Source of the DNA: a virus
Taxonomy: Duplodnaviria; Caudoviricetes
Length of the DNA: 43,051 nt
IMG/VR virus record: IMGVR_UViG_3300044504_000043
Span: 1 to 43,051 of that record
Reading direction: 5' to 3' (one strand)
Part shown: piece by piece, positions 15,457 to 23,455 of the stretch
Numbering within the stretch: position 1 is the first letter of the stretch
Layout of the letters: each line of letters starts with the position of its first letter
The notes under the pieces: generated by a model
Database searches by the model: none
Seen by the model: the letters and a program-made list of their open reading frames with translations, nothing else
What the model was told of the DNA's origin: nothing
Translations under genes and position numbers: made by a program

Positions 15457-15656
15457 TAATACACATGACAATCCAGCCAGTATATGAGTTTGATGGTTGG
15501 ATATTTGAATATTATCGCACTAAACCTTTTGGCCCTTGGCCTTTAAAAAAAGATCACGAACCAAGAGCGAGAGCAGGCAATAAATTTTATAACATGTTTG
15601 ACAGGTTTCATAAGCTGTCAATTGATGAGCAGGAGACATATAGATTATGGCGCTAA
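15453..15656 (+). CDS. Hypothetical protein
   Basis: AAGGAG RBS; ATGA-coupled. Confidence 0.6.
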   Translation: MIIHMTIQPVYEFDGWIFEYYRTKPFGPWPLKKDHEPRARAGNKFYNMFDRFHKLSIDEQETYRLWR

Positions 15657-16039
15657 TGATTAAAGAGGTGGCGGAAGAGCTTAAAACATCATGCGAAGTC
15701 GTGCGGATGATGTGCTTCAATGGGCGATTAAGATCGCATAAGATAGGTGGTGAGTGGCGTATACATGACAATGCTGTTGAAGAATTATTTAATCAGGCGC
15801 AAGATATTAAGCGGGAAGAGGCTATTACAGGGATGGTTAATGCTATCAACTCATTCGATCCTAAAGCACAAGATGTAATGTGTGCTGACCTTTACGATGC
15901 AGGCTACCACAAAGGCCCAAAGGTTGGGGAGAAGGTTTCTTATAATACCTTGCTTGATGACTTAGAGTCCTACCCACTTAGTGAGGTTGAATCATATATT
16001 GCCGAAAACTTCGACATTTTCAGGAAGGTAGAATCATGA
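15647..16039 (+). CDS. Excisionase-like (MerR/HTH_17) domain fused to an unknown domain
   Basis: LMIKEVAEEL...GRLRSHKIGGEWRI. Confidence 0.7.
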   Translation: MALMIKEVAEELKTSCEVVRMMCFNGRLRSHKIGGEWRIHDNAVEELFNQAQDIKREEAITGMVNAINSFDPKAQDVMCADLYDAGYHKGPKVGEKVSYNTLLDDLESYPLSEVESYIAENFDIFRKVES

Positions 16040-16473
16040 TCGGTAATCACAGCGGGTTATACGAGTCAATAAACAAACTTGAACAGCAGCTACTAGAAGC
16101 TAGAGAAAGTTTAGGTTTATTGCAAATACAGTACCACCACCAAGCAACACTACTTGAGTCTTGTGAAACAGCCTTACAGGGGCGTGACGAGAAACTACTA
16201 GAAGCTAATGCAAAGATTGAGCGGTTAACTACGGCAATGGTCCAAACAGATTACGAGTGCAGACTTAGATTTGACCACCCAGAACCTTACGAAACACTGC
16301 TAAGTCAGGCAATAAAAGAATCCCCTACTCAATCACTAGCACTACATGATGCTGATGTGATTGACTCTATTGCAGAAGCGAGTGACGGGTGTGTTGAGTT
16401 CCATAAATCACCGTATTACTTCTTAAAAAATGAAGCCAAAATACTACGCAACAGCGTTAAGGAAGGTGAGTGA
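16036..16473 (+). CDS. Hypothetical coiled-coil mosaic protein
   Basis: Heptad-rich; SPTQSLALHDADVI segment; ATGA-coupled. Confidence 0.6.
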   Translation: MIGNHSGLYESINKLEQQLLEARESLGLLQIQYHHQATLLESCETALQGRDEKLLEANAKIERLTTAMVQTDYECRLRFDHPEPYETLLSQAIKESPTQSLALHDADVIDSIAEASDGCVEFHKSPYYFLKNEAKILRNSVKEGE

Positions 16474-16658
16474 TGATTATTGACGGCTATAGAGTTCTTG
16501 ATGTTGTTAAATCTCCCTGTGGCGAGACTGCGAATATTGAGCCTGACGCTGGCTACCCATGCTACCGATGCGAGGGTTGTGGCGCGGTGATAGGTAGCGT
16601 TGCAATGCCTGATGCTTGCAGGACTTTAATGAATAGGAATAAGGAAGGTGATAAGTGA
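16470..16658 (+). CDS. Small Zn-ribbon protein
   Basis: PCG...YRCEGCGAVIGS..P..C. Confidence 0.6.
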   Translation: MMIIDGYRVLDVVKSPCGETANIEPDAGYPCYRCEGCGAVIGSVAMPDACRTLMNRNKEGDK

Positions 16659-16876
16659 GCGATGAAACAAGACACGCTAGAAACGCTGTACCTGCTGACG
16701 AGTTTAATACTGCCAAGATGGAGCAGGCTGAAAGCGAACTAAATACTATGAAGCTACGCTATCTTGACGCGCTGGCAGAAAAGGTAAACATGCAAGCAAC
16801 TATAAACAATCTATCCGCTAAGCTGTCAAAAGTAGCAAAGACAGAGAAGCGGGAAGCTAACAAGGTGAGATTATGA
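16655..16876 (+). CDS. Hypothetical coiled-coil protein
   Basis: GTGA-coupled; ends EANKVRL. Confidence 0.6.
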   Translation: MSDETRHARNAVPADEFNTAKMEQAESELNTMKLRYLDALAEKVNMQATINNLSAKLSKVAKTEKREANKVRL

Positions 16877-17064
16877 GATTAAATAATAGTGAATTTACCA
16901 CTGATATAGATGATGGCATGTTTTTGATATCCATAACACAAGAAAGCGACTTATCACTTGATGGTGGTCACTCGTTTGAAGACGTATCAAATACATTTGA
17001 ATTAACCCAGCAGACAGCAAGAGATTTACTGCTTGAGCTTAAAGAATACTTGGGCGATAAATAA
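16873..17064 (+). CDS. Hypothetical acidic protein
   Basis: AAGGTG RBS; ATGA-coupled. Confidence 0.6.
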   Translation: MRLNNSEFTTDIDDGMFLISITQESDLSLDGGHSFEDVSNTFELTQQTARDLLLELKEYLGDK

Positions 17065-17129
17065 GGTGAGATTATGAGTAATTCAGATCGATTATTTGTC
17101 AAGCATGTAACGGCATGGAGGCTGAGAAA

Positions 17130-17264
17130 ATGAAGCCATACACATCATTAGGCGATATATTTATGAAGTATGAGCGGGAATCAAATCCCGTTACGAAATC
17201 TGTTTACCGTCAAATTATCGCTAGCAGATTAAGCAGGATTGAAGCTAACAAGGTGAGATTATGA
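17130..17264 (+). CDS. Small protein (44 aa) ending EANKVRL
   Basis: Not in the ORF track; GGAGG RBS; ATGA overlap with xis. Confidence 0.5.
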   Translation: MKPYTSLGDIFMKYERESNPVTKSVYRQIIASRLSRIEANKVRL

Positions 17265-17449
17265 GTGCCTTAATCAAAACAGACGAGCTTTGTGACTGGT
17301 CAGAAATAAAGCAACCAGGAAAGCTAATTGAGTGGCTAAAGGTGAATAATATCCCGTTCAGACTATCAAGAACAGGAAAGCCAATTACCACCTTAGCTGC
17401 CATTAATGGTAGCCTTAAATCCTTAGAAAGCGATGAGATTGACTTCTAA
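17261..17449 (+). CDS. xis: Excisionase/RDF (DUF4224-like)
   Basis: DELCDWS...Q...WLKVNNIPF....GKP; TAATG-coupled to the integrase. Confidence 0.75.
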   Translation: MSALIKTDELCDWSEIKQPGKLIEWLKVNNIPFRLSRTGKPITTLAAINGSLKSLESDEIDF

Positions 17450-18453
17450 TGTCACCAAAACAAAGAACAAACGGATTGCCGCCATATGTCTATAAGCGTG
17501 CTAGATGTTACGTTTTACGGATCTATGTTGGCGCTAATGAACCTATGCGCTCTATTGAGTTATGCTCAATAACAGCGCCAGTTTCAGAGGTTTGGAAGCA
17601 ATACGAGCTACACGTTCATAAACGAGTTAAAAACCTGCAATGGCTATTTCGTGAATATACCGATAGCCGCCAGTTCAAACAAAAAGCCGCAAGCACTATC
17701 AAGATGCAGATATCACAAGCTGATAGAATCTGTGGTTATAAAATGAAGTCGGGAAAGGTTTTTGGTACGGCTGAGATCAAAAAAATAACATCGGGTTCTA
17801 TTCGTAAATACCTGGATGCCAGAGAAGCAGATAATTCTCCTGTATCTGGAAATCGTGAAGCAGCGTTAATATCTTCGGCTTGGAACTGGGCACTGGAAAG
17901 AGACATGATAGAAACAAGTAATCCGTGTGATGTAGTAAGACGCAACAAAGAAGCCCCGCGTACCCGATATGTATCAGAAGAAGAATATATCGCTGCTTAT
18001 GCGTTAACCGATTCCACGCCATATTTAAAACCTGCTATGGAATTAGCTTATCTTTGCCGTATGCGCCGCTGTGAGATATTAAACTCTACTCGAGCGCAAA
18101 TACTTGAGGAAGGATTCGATACATTACGCGCCAAGGGAAGTCGTGATGCAATCACAAGATGGTCAGAACGATTAACGGCGGCTATCAATTATGATGCTGG
18201 CAAAGTTAAAAGCTTATTTATAGTCCATGATTCGCGTGGACAGAAAATAACAGAGTCAGCTTTTAAGTCTGCATGGACAAGATTAAAAAAGAGAATGGTT
18301 TTAGCAGGAATTGAGCCGTTTAATTTTCACGATCTTAAGGCGGCTGGGGTAAGCGACTTCGCCGGAGACAAGCTAGCCGCATCTGGTCATCGTGATGCAA
18401 AAATGCTGAAAACTTACGACCGAAAAAAGCACTCAGTTGATGCGACAAAATAG
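17449..18453 (+). CDS. int: Tyrosine integrase
   Basis: R (MRRCE), K, FHDLKA, GH, terminal Y (KTYDR); adjacent to attP. Confidence 0.93.
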   Translation: MSPKQRTNGLPPYVYKRARCYVLRIYVGANEPMRSIELCSITAPVSEVWKQYELHVHKRVKNLQWLFREYTDSRQFKQKAASTIKMQISQADRICGYKMKSGKVFGTAEIKKITSGSIRKYLDAREADNSPVSGNREAALISSAWNWALERDMIETSNPCDVVRRNKEAPRTRYVSEEEYIAAYALTDSTPYLKPAMELAYLCRMRRCEILNSTRAQILEEGFDTLRAKGSRDAITRWSERLTAAINYDAGKVKSLFIVHDSRGQKITESAFKSAWTRLKKRMVLAGIEPFNFHDLKAAGVSDFAGDKLAASGHRDAKMLKTYDRKKHSVDATK

Positions 18454-18454
18454 G

Positions 18455-18675
18455 TTTGTTTTCCCCGGCTTTTTCCCCGCAAGCCATTTGCACCGTTTTC
18501 AAAAAAACTAAACCGTTGATTTTATTGGTCGGAACAGCAGGATTTGAACCTGCGACCCCTTGTCCCCCAGACTAGTCGCCACTCTTTATATATCAATAAC
18601 TTAGCCCCATATCGGGGAAAAAGAACCCCGCCGGACAGTGTTATTTTATCTTGTGATTAAGATTTGTTTTCCCCG
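18455..18675. promoter_or_regulatory. attP arms: integrase arm-type repeats and IHF sites
   Basis: TTTTCCCCG at 18459, 18471, 18667 and inverted at 18613; IHF consensus WATCAANNNNTTR at 18509-18521 (minus) and 18591-18603. Confidence 0.8.
18526..18572 (-). other. attP: attP core = 3' half of tRNA-Pro(GGG)
   Basis: Minus strand GTCTGGGGGACAAGGGGTCGCAGGTTCAAATCCTGCTGTTCCGACCA has anticodon loop, T arm and CCA; no 5' half. Confidence 0.9.
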
Positions 18676-18910
18676 CTAATTACGGCTACAAAATATTAAT
18701 AATCAGTCATAAATTAGCACGAATTAACTATATCGCTAGACACGCCACCCCCTCAAGATGGTGACTTTATTCGCGTAACTATTTGATATTACTAATAAAT
18801 AGACTGTTTTAGCCCTGTCTTTTTAGGTCGTTTCTGGTCGTTTCAGTGTCAATTAAATCAATGACTTAGGTGATGGTTTTCCGAAAGGTTTATTTGATTA
18901 AAATAAGTTG

Positions 18911-18938
18911 TTGACATAGCCCCAAATAGGGCTATAAT
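18911..18938 (+). promoter_or_regulatory. Consensus sigma70 promoter with palindromic operator
   Basis: TTGACA-N16-TATAAT; ATAGCCC-caaata-GGGCTAT spans the spacer. Confidence 0.85.
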
Positions 18939-18975
18939 AGTATCTAACGAATCGGCAAACACAGAGAGAATTAAA

Positions 18976-19146
18976 ATGACTAAATTAGAAGCAATCGCAA
19001 TCACAGTTAAATCAGTAGCAAAAGAATTAAACTGCTCTATCATTGAAGCAGCATCAAAAATGCAAGCACAATGTGTTAAGTCTGGAAAAGTAGATTTGCT
19101 TGATGATTTAATAGAATATAAATCAGCACTTATTGAGGTGATGTAA
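18976..19146 (+). CDS. Moron ORF 1 (56 aa)
   Basis: Not in the ORF track; MTKLEAIAITVKSVAKELNCSIIEAASKMQ...; TAATG-coupled to the next gene. Confidence 0.7.
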   Translation: MTKLEAIAITVKSVAKELNCSIIEAASKMQAQCVKSGKVDLLDDLIEYKSALIEVM

Positions 19147-19532
19147 TGCAGGCAACAATGCAAGAGGCCCTGCGGGGCCAAGCAAGGTTATTTGGCAAAG
19201 GGGGCGCTCATGGAATGGCCTTGATGATGAATAATGCAGCCGATCTAATCGATAGCCTAGACAGTAAAAATTACCTGCTGATAGAGGCTAAAGCTCTTAA
19301 TGATGCCGCTAATGAATTTGATATGATGCATAAGCACATAAGTAGCCGTGAAGTATGTGAGGTCCTGCTTCGTATGGCAGAAGAAAAAAGACAATCTACA
19401 AGTGGACGTATATCTGATGGCGCTATATATAACGCGATAGGTAATAAAAGTCTTGACGCTAAGCTTGACGGGCTAAGTGATTTTGGTAAGGAAATAGACT
19501 TCCCTACCAAAAAAGATGGCCATAGACAATAA
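19146..19532 (+). CDS. Moron ORF 2, hypothetical
   Basis: GAGGTG RBS; coupled. Confidence 0.65.
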   Translation: MQATMQEALRGQARLFGKGGAHGMALMMNNAADLIDSLDSKNYLLIEAKALNDAANEFDMMHKHISSREVCEVLLRMAEEKRQSTSGRISDGAIYNAIGNKSLDAKLDGLSDFGKEIDFPTKKDGHRQ

Positions 19533-19822
19533 TGCCACCAAAGACGGTTAAGCTAAAATGCCAGCGATTAAGCGGCAAGTCATTAATTGAAGCATATATG
19601 CTGATTAGCTTTGATGATAAATTAACTATCACAAGCAACAAGCAGAGCGCCTTAGACGCGTTAAATAGTGAAACTGGTACTAATTACAAGATACCGCATT
19701 TTAATGCATGGATAGCAGGTAGCAAGCCGATACCGCACAATATACAGTCGGTAATGAGAAAGGCGGTTATTCGGTATCTGCTTGGGGATGAAGTGGCAGA
19801 AATGCTTAAGGGGATTTACTAG
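19532..19822 (+). CDS. Moron ORF 3, probable HTH regulator
   Basis: ALDALNSETGTNYKIPHFNAWIAGSKPIP resembles an XRE-like recognition helix with W..G..PIP. Confidence 0.55.
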   Translation: MPPKTVKLKCQRLSGKSLIEAYMLISFDDKLTITSNKQSALDALNSETGTNYKIPHFNAWIAGSKPIPHNIQSVMRKAVIRYLLGDEVAEMLKGIY

Positions 19823-19862
19823 TGAGAATCAAAGCGTATATAAAGAAGCTTATGGAGGGGGA

Positions 19863-20096
19863 ATGATGGATAAGGCTAATTTACTTATTGATTGTGACAG
19901 TAATGAGATAGTTTTGCAAAATGCTGTTAGCTCATACGAAGATCACGGCATGATTGCAAAAAGAAAAGAAAGCTTAAGGGCTGAAATGATCGGTCTTATA
20001 TTGGCTAGTCAAGGCGCTAAACTGTTACCACTGACACTTGGAGAACTTCAAGATAAGGTGCTAGAGCAATTAAAAACAGAACAATATAGCAGGTAA
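19863..20096 (+). CDS. Moron ORF 4, hypothetical
   Basis: GGAGG RBS; start MMDKAN. Confidence 0.6.
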   Translation: MMDKANLLIDCDSNEIVLQNAVSSYEDHGMIAKRKESLRAEMIGLILASQGAKLLPLTLGELQDKVLEQLKTEQYSR

Positions 20097-20119
20097 GCGG
20101 GATCAATTAGGAGAGCGTG

Positions 20120-20284
20120 ATGAGTGAGAAATTCGACAAATTCATAAAAGCACTAGAAGAATTATGTATTGCTCATGATGTGACATTAACTGTGAGTGAA
20201 TATGATAATCTTGTCGTGACTGATTACGATGCATCTTTAGGCGCTGTTTATGGTGGTGTTATTGATGATACTAGCCATGCATAA
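20120..20284 (+). CDS. Moron ORF 5 (54 aa), convergent with and overlapping the endolysin end
   Basis: Not in the ORF track; AGGAG RBS; MSEKFDKFIKALEELCIAHDV... Confidence 0.6.
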   Translation: MSEKFDKFIKALEELCIAHDVTLTVSEYDNLVVTDYDASLGAVYGGVIDDTSHA

Positions 20285-20669
20285 TATTAGCTAGCGTAAT
20301 CGCTCGCCTGCCAACCTGACTTGACCATTTTGAATCTAACATCTCATTTGATGCTTTTTTATAATCATCATCTTTGATTGCTTGGATCATATTTTTAAAC
20401 TTAAGCAGGCTCGGTAATCCAATATTAAATATCATTTCGACAATAACACCCTTGCGCCTATCATCTAGCTTACGATACCACGAGAAGCGCCCTGCTTCGG
20501 CTTCTGCCAGCATTACATCGTGCCGTAGCATAATCTCCGCTTCTTCTTGTGTTATGCCGTTAGCGTCTAAATTACGGCCTGTGCCGATAGTTAGATTTCC
20601 AAGGCTGTCATAATATGGCATTAACTCTGTGCCTTCATGCAGTTTAATTCTTTCTAATAATTCGCTCAT
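20271..20669 (-). CDS. Endolysin, T4-lysozyme-like (GH24)
   Basis: HEG....YYDSLG..TIGTG (E-D-T triad), MIFNIG, EMLDSKW..QVGRRA. Confidence 0.92.
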   Translation of the reverse strand: MSELLERIKLHEGTELMPYYDSLGNLTIGTGRNLDANGITQEEAEIMLRHDVMLAEAEAGRFSWYRKLDDRRKGVIVEMIFNIGLPSLLKFKNMIQAIKDDDYKKASNEMLDSKWSSQVGRRAITLANIMHG

Positions 20670-20905
20670 TGCACTGCCTTTTTATCTGCGTTGCATTGTT
20701 GAATAGCCGCTTTTAATTGCAGAATATAGTCACCTGCATCACGTGCTGATTTAGTGGCTAATGGCTCTGGAATAGGTGTAATGCGTAATGGTGCTAGGTT
20801 AATCTGTGGGCATTGTTGTGGCGCTATTGGAATCTGCTGTGATGCGCAACCAGAAAGCGTCACCCAGATCAACATCAAGACAGCCAGATTCATCAGGTAT
20901 TTCAT
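20666..20905 (-). CDS. o-spanin (Rz1-like lipoprotein)
   Basis: Lipobox LSGC, Pro-rich, CNADK tail; overlaps the i-spanin. Confidence 0.85.
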   Translation of the reverse strand: MKYLMNLAVLMLIWVTLSGCASQQIPIAPQQCPQINLAPLRITPIPEPLATKSARDAGDYILQLKAAIQQCNADKKAVQ

Positions 20906-21176
20906 TGAGTTGCTTCCTCGCTTTCGATAAATTAGCAGTAATTGCTTTAGACTTTTTGTCTAGCTCAATCATTTTTTGCTGCAAGTCTTGGAACTGTTCA
21001 CGCTCAGCTACTAAAATGCGTGCCGTTTCGTCGTTAACTGCTCTTAATTGGTTTCCGATTGCTTCTTTTTCGCCGTTGTCTTTGTATGACTGCTTAAGCA
21101 AATACGCAGAGCCCGCAAGTGATGCCAGCAATAAAGCAATCGTTAGTAATTTCCAGTTAGATAAAAGGCTAAACAT
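20799..21176 (-). CDS. i-spanin (Rz-like)
   Basis: N-terminal TM, coiled coil, C-terminal Cys (SGCLDVDL). Confidence 0.8.
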   Translation of the reverse strand: MFSLLSNWKLLTIALLLASLAGSAYLLKQSYKDNGEKEAIGNQLRAVNDETARILVAEREQFQDLQQKMIELDKKSKAITANLSKARKQLNEIPDESGCLDVDLGDAFWLRITADSNSATTMPTD

Positions 21177-21381
21177 TTGGTTTTTCCCATTTCGACTGCA
21201 CGGCTTTAGCAAAGCTAGATGTACCCATCAACCCTGTTCCAGACATGACCAGCACACTTGCATCGGCTAGCTTCATAAACACCGCAATCATGCCGCCAAG
21301 CGATAATAGAGATCCAATTATCAAACACACAAAGAAGCCAACCCGCATCATTGATAATTTGTTTTGATTATCGGTAAACAT
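21169..21381 (-). CDS. Holin (2 TM)
   Basis: D...KLSMMRV, two TMs, AKAVQSKWE tail; GGAG RBS at MFTDNQ. Confidence 0.75.
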   Translation of the reverse strand: MFTDNQNKLSMMRVGFFVCLIIGSLLSLGGMIAVFMKLADASVLVMSGTGLMGTSSFAKAVQSKWEKPNV

Positions 21382-21395
21382 AAAGCTCCAGGCAT

Positions 21396-21416
21396 AAAAA
21401 AACCGCCTAAGCGGTC
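21396..21416 (-). terminator. Intrinsic terminator before the lysis cassette
   Basis: ACCGC-ttag-GCGGT followed by a T run. Confidence 0.75.
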
Positions 21417-21446
21417 TGTGTTTAATTATCATGCAATGGTTATAGG

Positions 21447-22160
21447 TTATGCCGGATTTAGACTTAACGCTATGTAATACAAACCAAAAGTATTTGTGTG
21501 ATTGTGCTTATAAGTCCTTAGCGCCACTGCTCCACCAGTTGGGAACTCCTTATACCATGCGCCAACACTTTTAGCGCCATCTGATCCTAGCCCAGCCTCT
21601 GTGGTGTTCGCCACTAATCCGATTTCTGTAAACCCGTCACTTATGTTGTACCAATTAGCGGTATTAGTTACGGTGTAAGTAATTTGGAATTCAACTACCA
21701 TACCGCCATCAAGAACTGAAGTTAGTGCTGACGTAGTATATTGCAAGCCACTGTCAGGATTGCTAACTACTGTGTTTGCAGTCTGCTCAGTTATTGGTGA
21801 TGATGTATTAACGCCTCTAAAATAAGAAACTACCTGACCATGCCGACCTGCATTATCAGGCGTTATACTTACTGATGTATCAGGAGAAGCGCCCATGAAC
21901 TTATAGAAAATAGCATGCTTTACATTTCCTCCTGTCTGCCTAACAATAGTAGTATATCCCGCTGGCGCTGTTGGTGGGTTGTCTGAACCAGATCCTATCT
22001 CGCCAACATTGATAATAACTAAATCATTTTCAAGGAGCGTTTTGCTGAAAGTAACAACGTATGCTGACGTAGTTCTGTTTGCGTCACCAGAATCAGAGCC
22101 TATAAGCGTTATCCCGCCAAGCACTGGCGTAAATCTGCTTGGATTTAATAAAAAACTCAT
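21447..22160 (-). CDS. Putative receptor-binding/fibre tip protein
   Basis: MSFLLNPSRF anchor followed by a T/S/G-rich beta domain; follows the tail fibre gene. Confidence 0.6.
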   Translation of the reverse strand: MSFLLNPSRFTPVLGGITLIGSDSGDANRTTSAYVVTFSKTLLENDLVIINVGEIGSGSDNPPTAPAGYTTIVRQTGGNVKHAIFYKFMGASPDTSVSITPDNAGRHGQVVSYFRGVNTSSPITEQTANTVVSNPDSGLQYTTSALTSVLDGGMVVEFQITYTVTNTANWYNISDGFTEIGLVANTTEAGLGSDGAKSVGAWYKEFPTGGAVALRTYKHNHTNTFGLYYIALSLNPA

Positions 22161-23455
22161 GTTTGCGTACCTATTAGATATATTTTAGCGCCCGCCGCAC
22201 CCGTTCCAGCAACATCAACATCTATGGTGATTTCAGCATCATCAGCCAGTGCAGCGTCAGATATAACCGCCGCTGTTGCCGCTGTTGTGCTTGTTTTCTC
22301 ACTGGCATCAATCGTTAATTTTGTTGATAATACTGAAACGCCTGTTTCATTAATATCAAAGGTAGGCACTCCTGAGCTTGACGCTGTTGTTAATGAAGCC
22401 CTAACTGCTGTTAATGTAAACGCATAAGGCATTCTGAAGGTAACTTTTGCTAAGCCCGTTGTGATAGCGGCTGTTTCGTCACCAAGGGCTATCATTAATG
22501 GTTCAGTTATCGCGCCGCCAGTAAAGTCAGAAACTAATACTTTCTTTTTATTGTTCGAGTCTGATACGTCCTCAATTAAGACGTAATCACCACTCGCCGC
22601 TGTTACGGTCGTTAAAGCGGCTATCTCTCCACCTGTTGATAAGTGAATAGCATCAGTATCAGTTGCGCCCGAGCCAACAACAGGAAGGCCGCTAGCTCGC
22701 ATGTAATTAGTGCAGCGATACACTCCAGCACCATACTCTATGAACTCAGCCTCATCGCCTGCTGCCGTTGTAATACTAACCGCACCAGGCAGTATTAAAT
22801 TGGTAGCGTGATGGGTTAACGTTAATGCCCCGTCAAAATGTACTTTTATCAACGTTCCAGTGCCGCCCGTTGTATTGATTGACGTTATGGTTGTTGTGCC
22901 TGTTACATCGTAATAATTGCCGTCAGTAAGTACCGCTAATGCCGTCGCGCTTGCTACGTCAGCACCTTTTGACCATTGGATCTGATTTCCATTACAGTCT
23001 AAATCGCCGCCTAATTGTGGAGTAGCGTCCTCGACTATATTATTTAAAAATGAACCGCCACCACCATCTGCGCTTATTACATTCGTTCCGTCACACTGCA
23101 AGCACTGAACAGAGCCGGTTGTTAACGCTATACCCGTTCCTGCCGATGTTTTAATTGTTAATGTTTGCGCTGTTGAGTTTTTGAATACTGTTTTCTTCTC
23201 GTTAACTGGCACAACTACATTACGCCCCGTCGTCAAAACAACGCCGGAGTCGGTTAAGTTAATAAAGCCATGCTGCCATTCTTGGGGAACCACTCCTGTT
23301 ACAGATAGCGTTAAATTTGCATCACTTGCAAAGTTTTTTACAAAGTAACTATTCATCCCGTAATCAAGTCCGTCTGCCATTTCATTGACTCGCACCTCTG
23401 GACTTGATGCGTTCTCTTCTAAGTGCGTAAGTAATAGATTAGGTGTTGTTGTCAT
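22157..23455 (-). CDS. Tail fibre protein
   Basis: TTPNLLL N-terminus, DATPQLGGDLDCNG fibre motif, C-terminal TFRMPYAFTL...IDVDVAGTGAAG domain. Confidence 0.75.
   Translation of the reverse strand: MTTTPNLLLTHLEENASSPEVRVNEMADGLDYGMNSYFVKNFASDANLTLSVTGVVPQEWQHGFINLTDSGVVLTTGRNVVVPVNEKKTVFKNSTAQTLTIKTSAGTGIALTTGSVQCLQCDGTNVISADGGGGSFLNNIVEDATPQLGGDLDCNGNQIQWSKGADVASATALAVLTDGNYYDVTGTTTITSINTTGGTGTLIKVHFDGALTLTHHATNLILPGAVSITTAAGDEAEFIEYGAGVYRCTNYMRASGLPVVGSGATDTDAIHLSTGGEIAALTTVTAASGDYVLIEDVSDSNNKKKVLVSDFTGGAITEPLMIALGDETAAITTGLAKVTFRMPYAFTLTAVRASLTTASSSGVPTFDINETGVSVLSTKLTIDASEKTSTTAATAAVISDAALADDAEITIDVDVAGTGAAGAKIYLIGTQT

Larger units (their letters stand above)
16853..17265 (+). repeat. 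25-bp direct repeats GAAGCTAACAAGGTGAGATTATGAG (16853-16877, 17241-17265) plus a 16-bp internal copy (17063-17078)
   Basis: Exact matches read from the sequence; each contains an RBS and ATG. Confidence 0.9.

Noticed and set aside
16853-17265. CRISPR mini-array or integron
   Set aside because: Spacing is long and unequal, the repeats are non-palindromic RBS/ATG linkers, and there are no cas genes or attC-like structure
18526-18572. Functional tRNA-Pro gene
   Set aside because: Only the 3' half is present, with no D arm or 5' acceptor strand; it is the att core
18858-19181. Minus-strand 107-aa ORF
   Set aside because: It overlaps the consensus promoter and the better-supported plus-strand ORF 18976..19146
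21447-23455. Diversity-generating retroelement or invertible fibre locus
   Set aside because: No reverse transcriptase, template repeat or invertase seen
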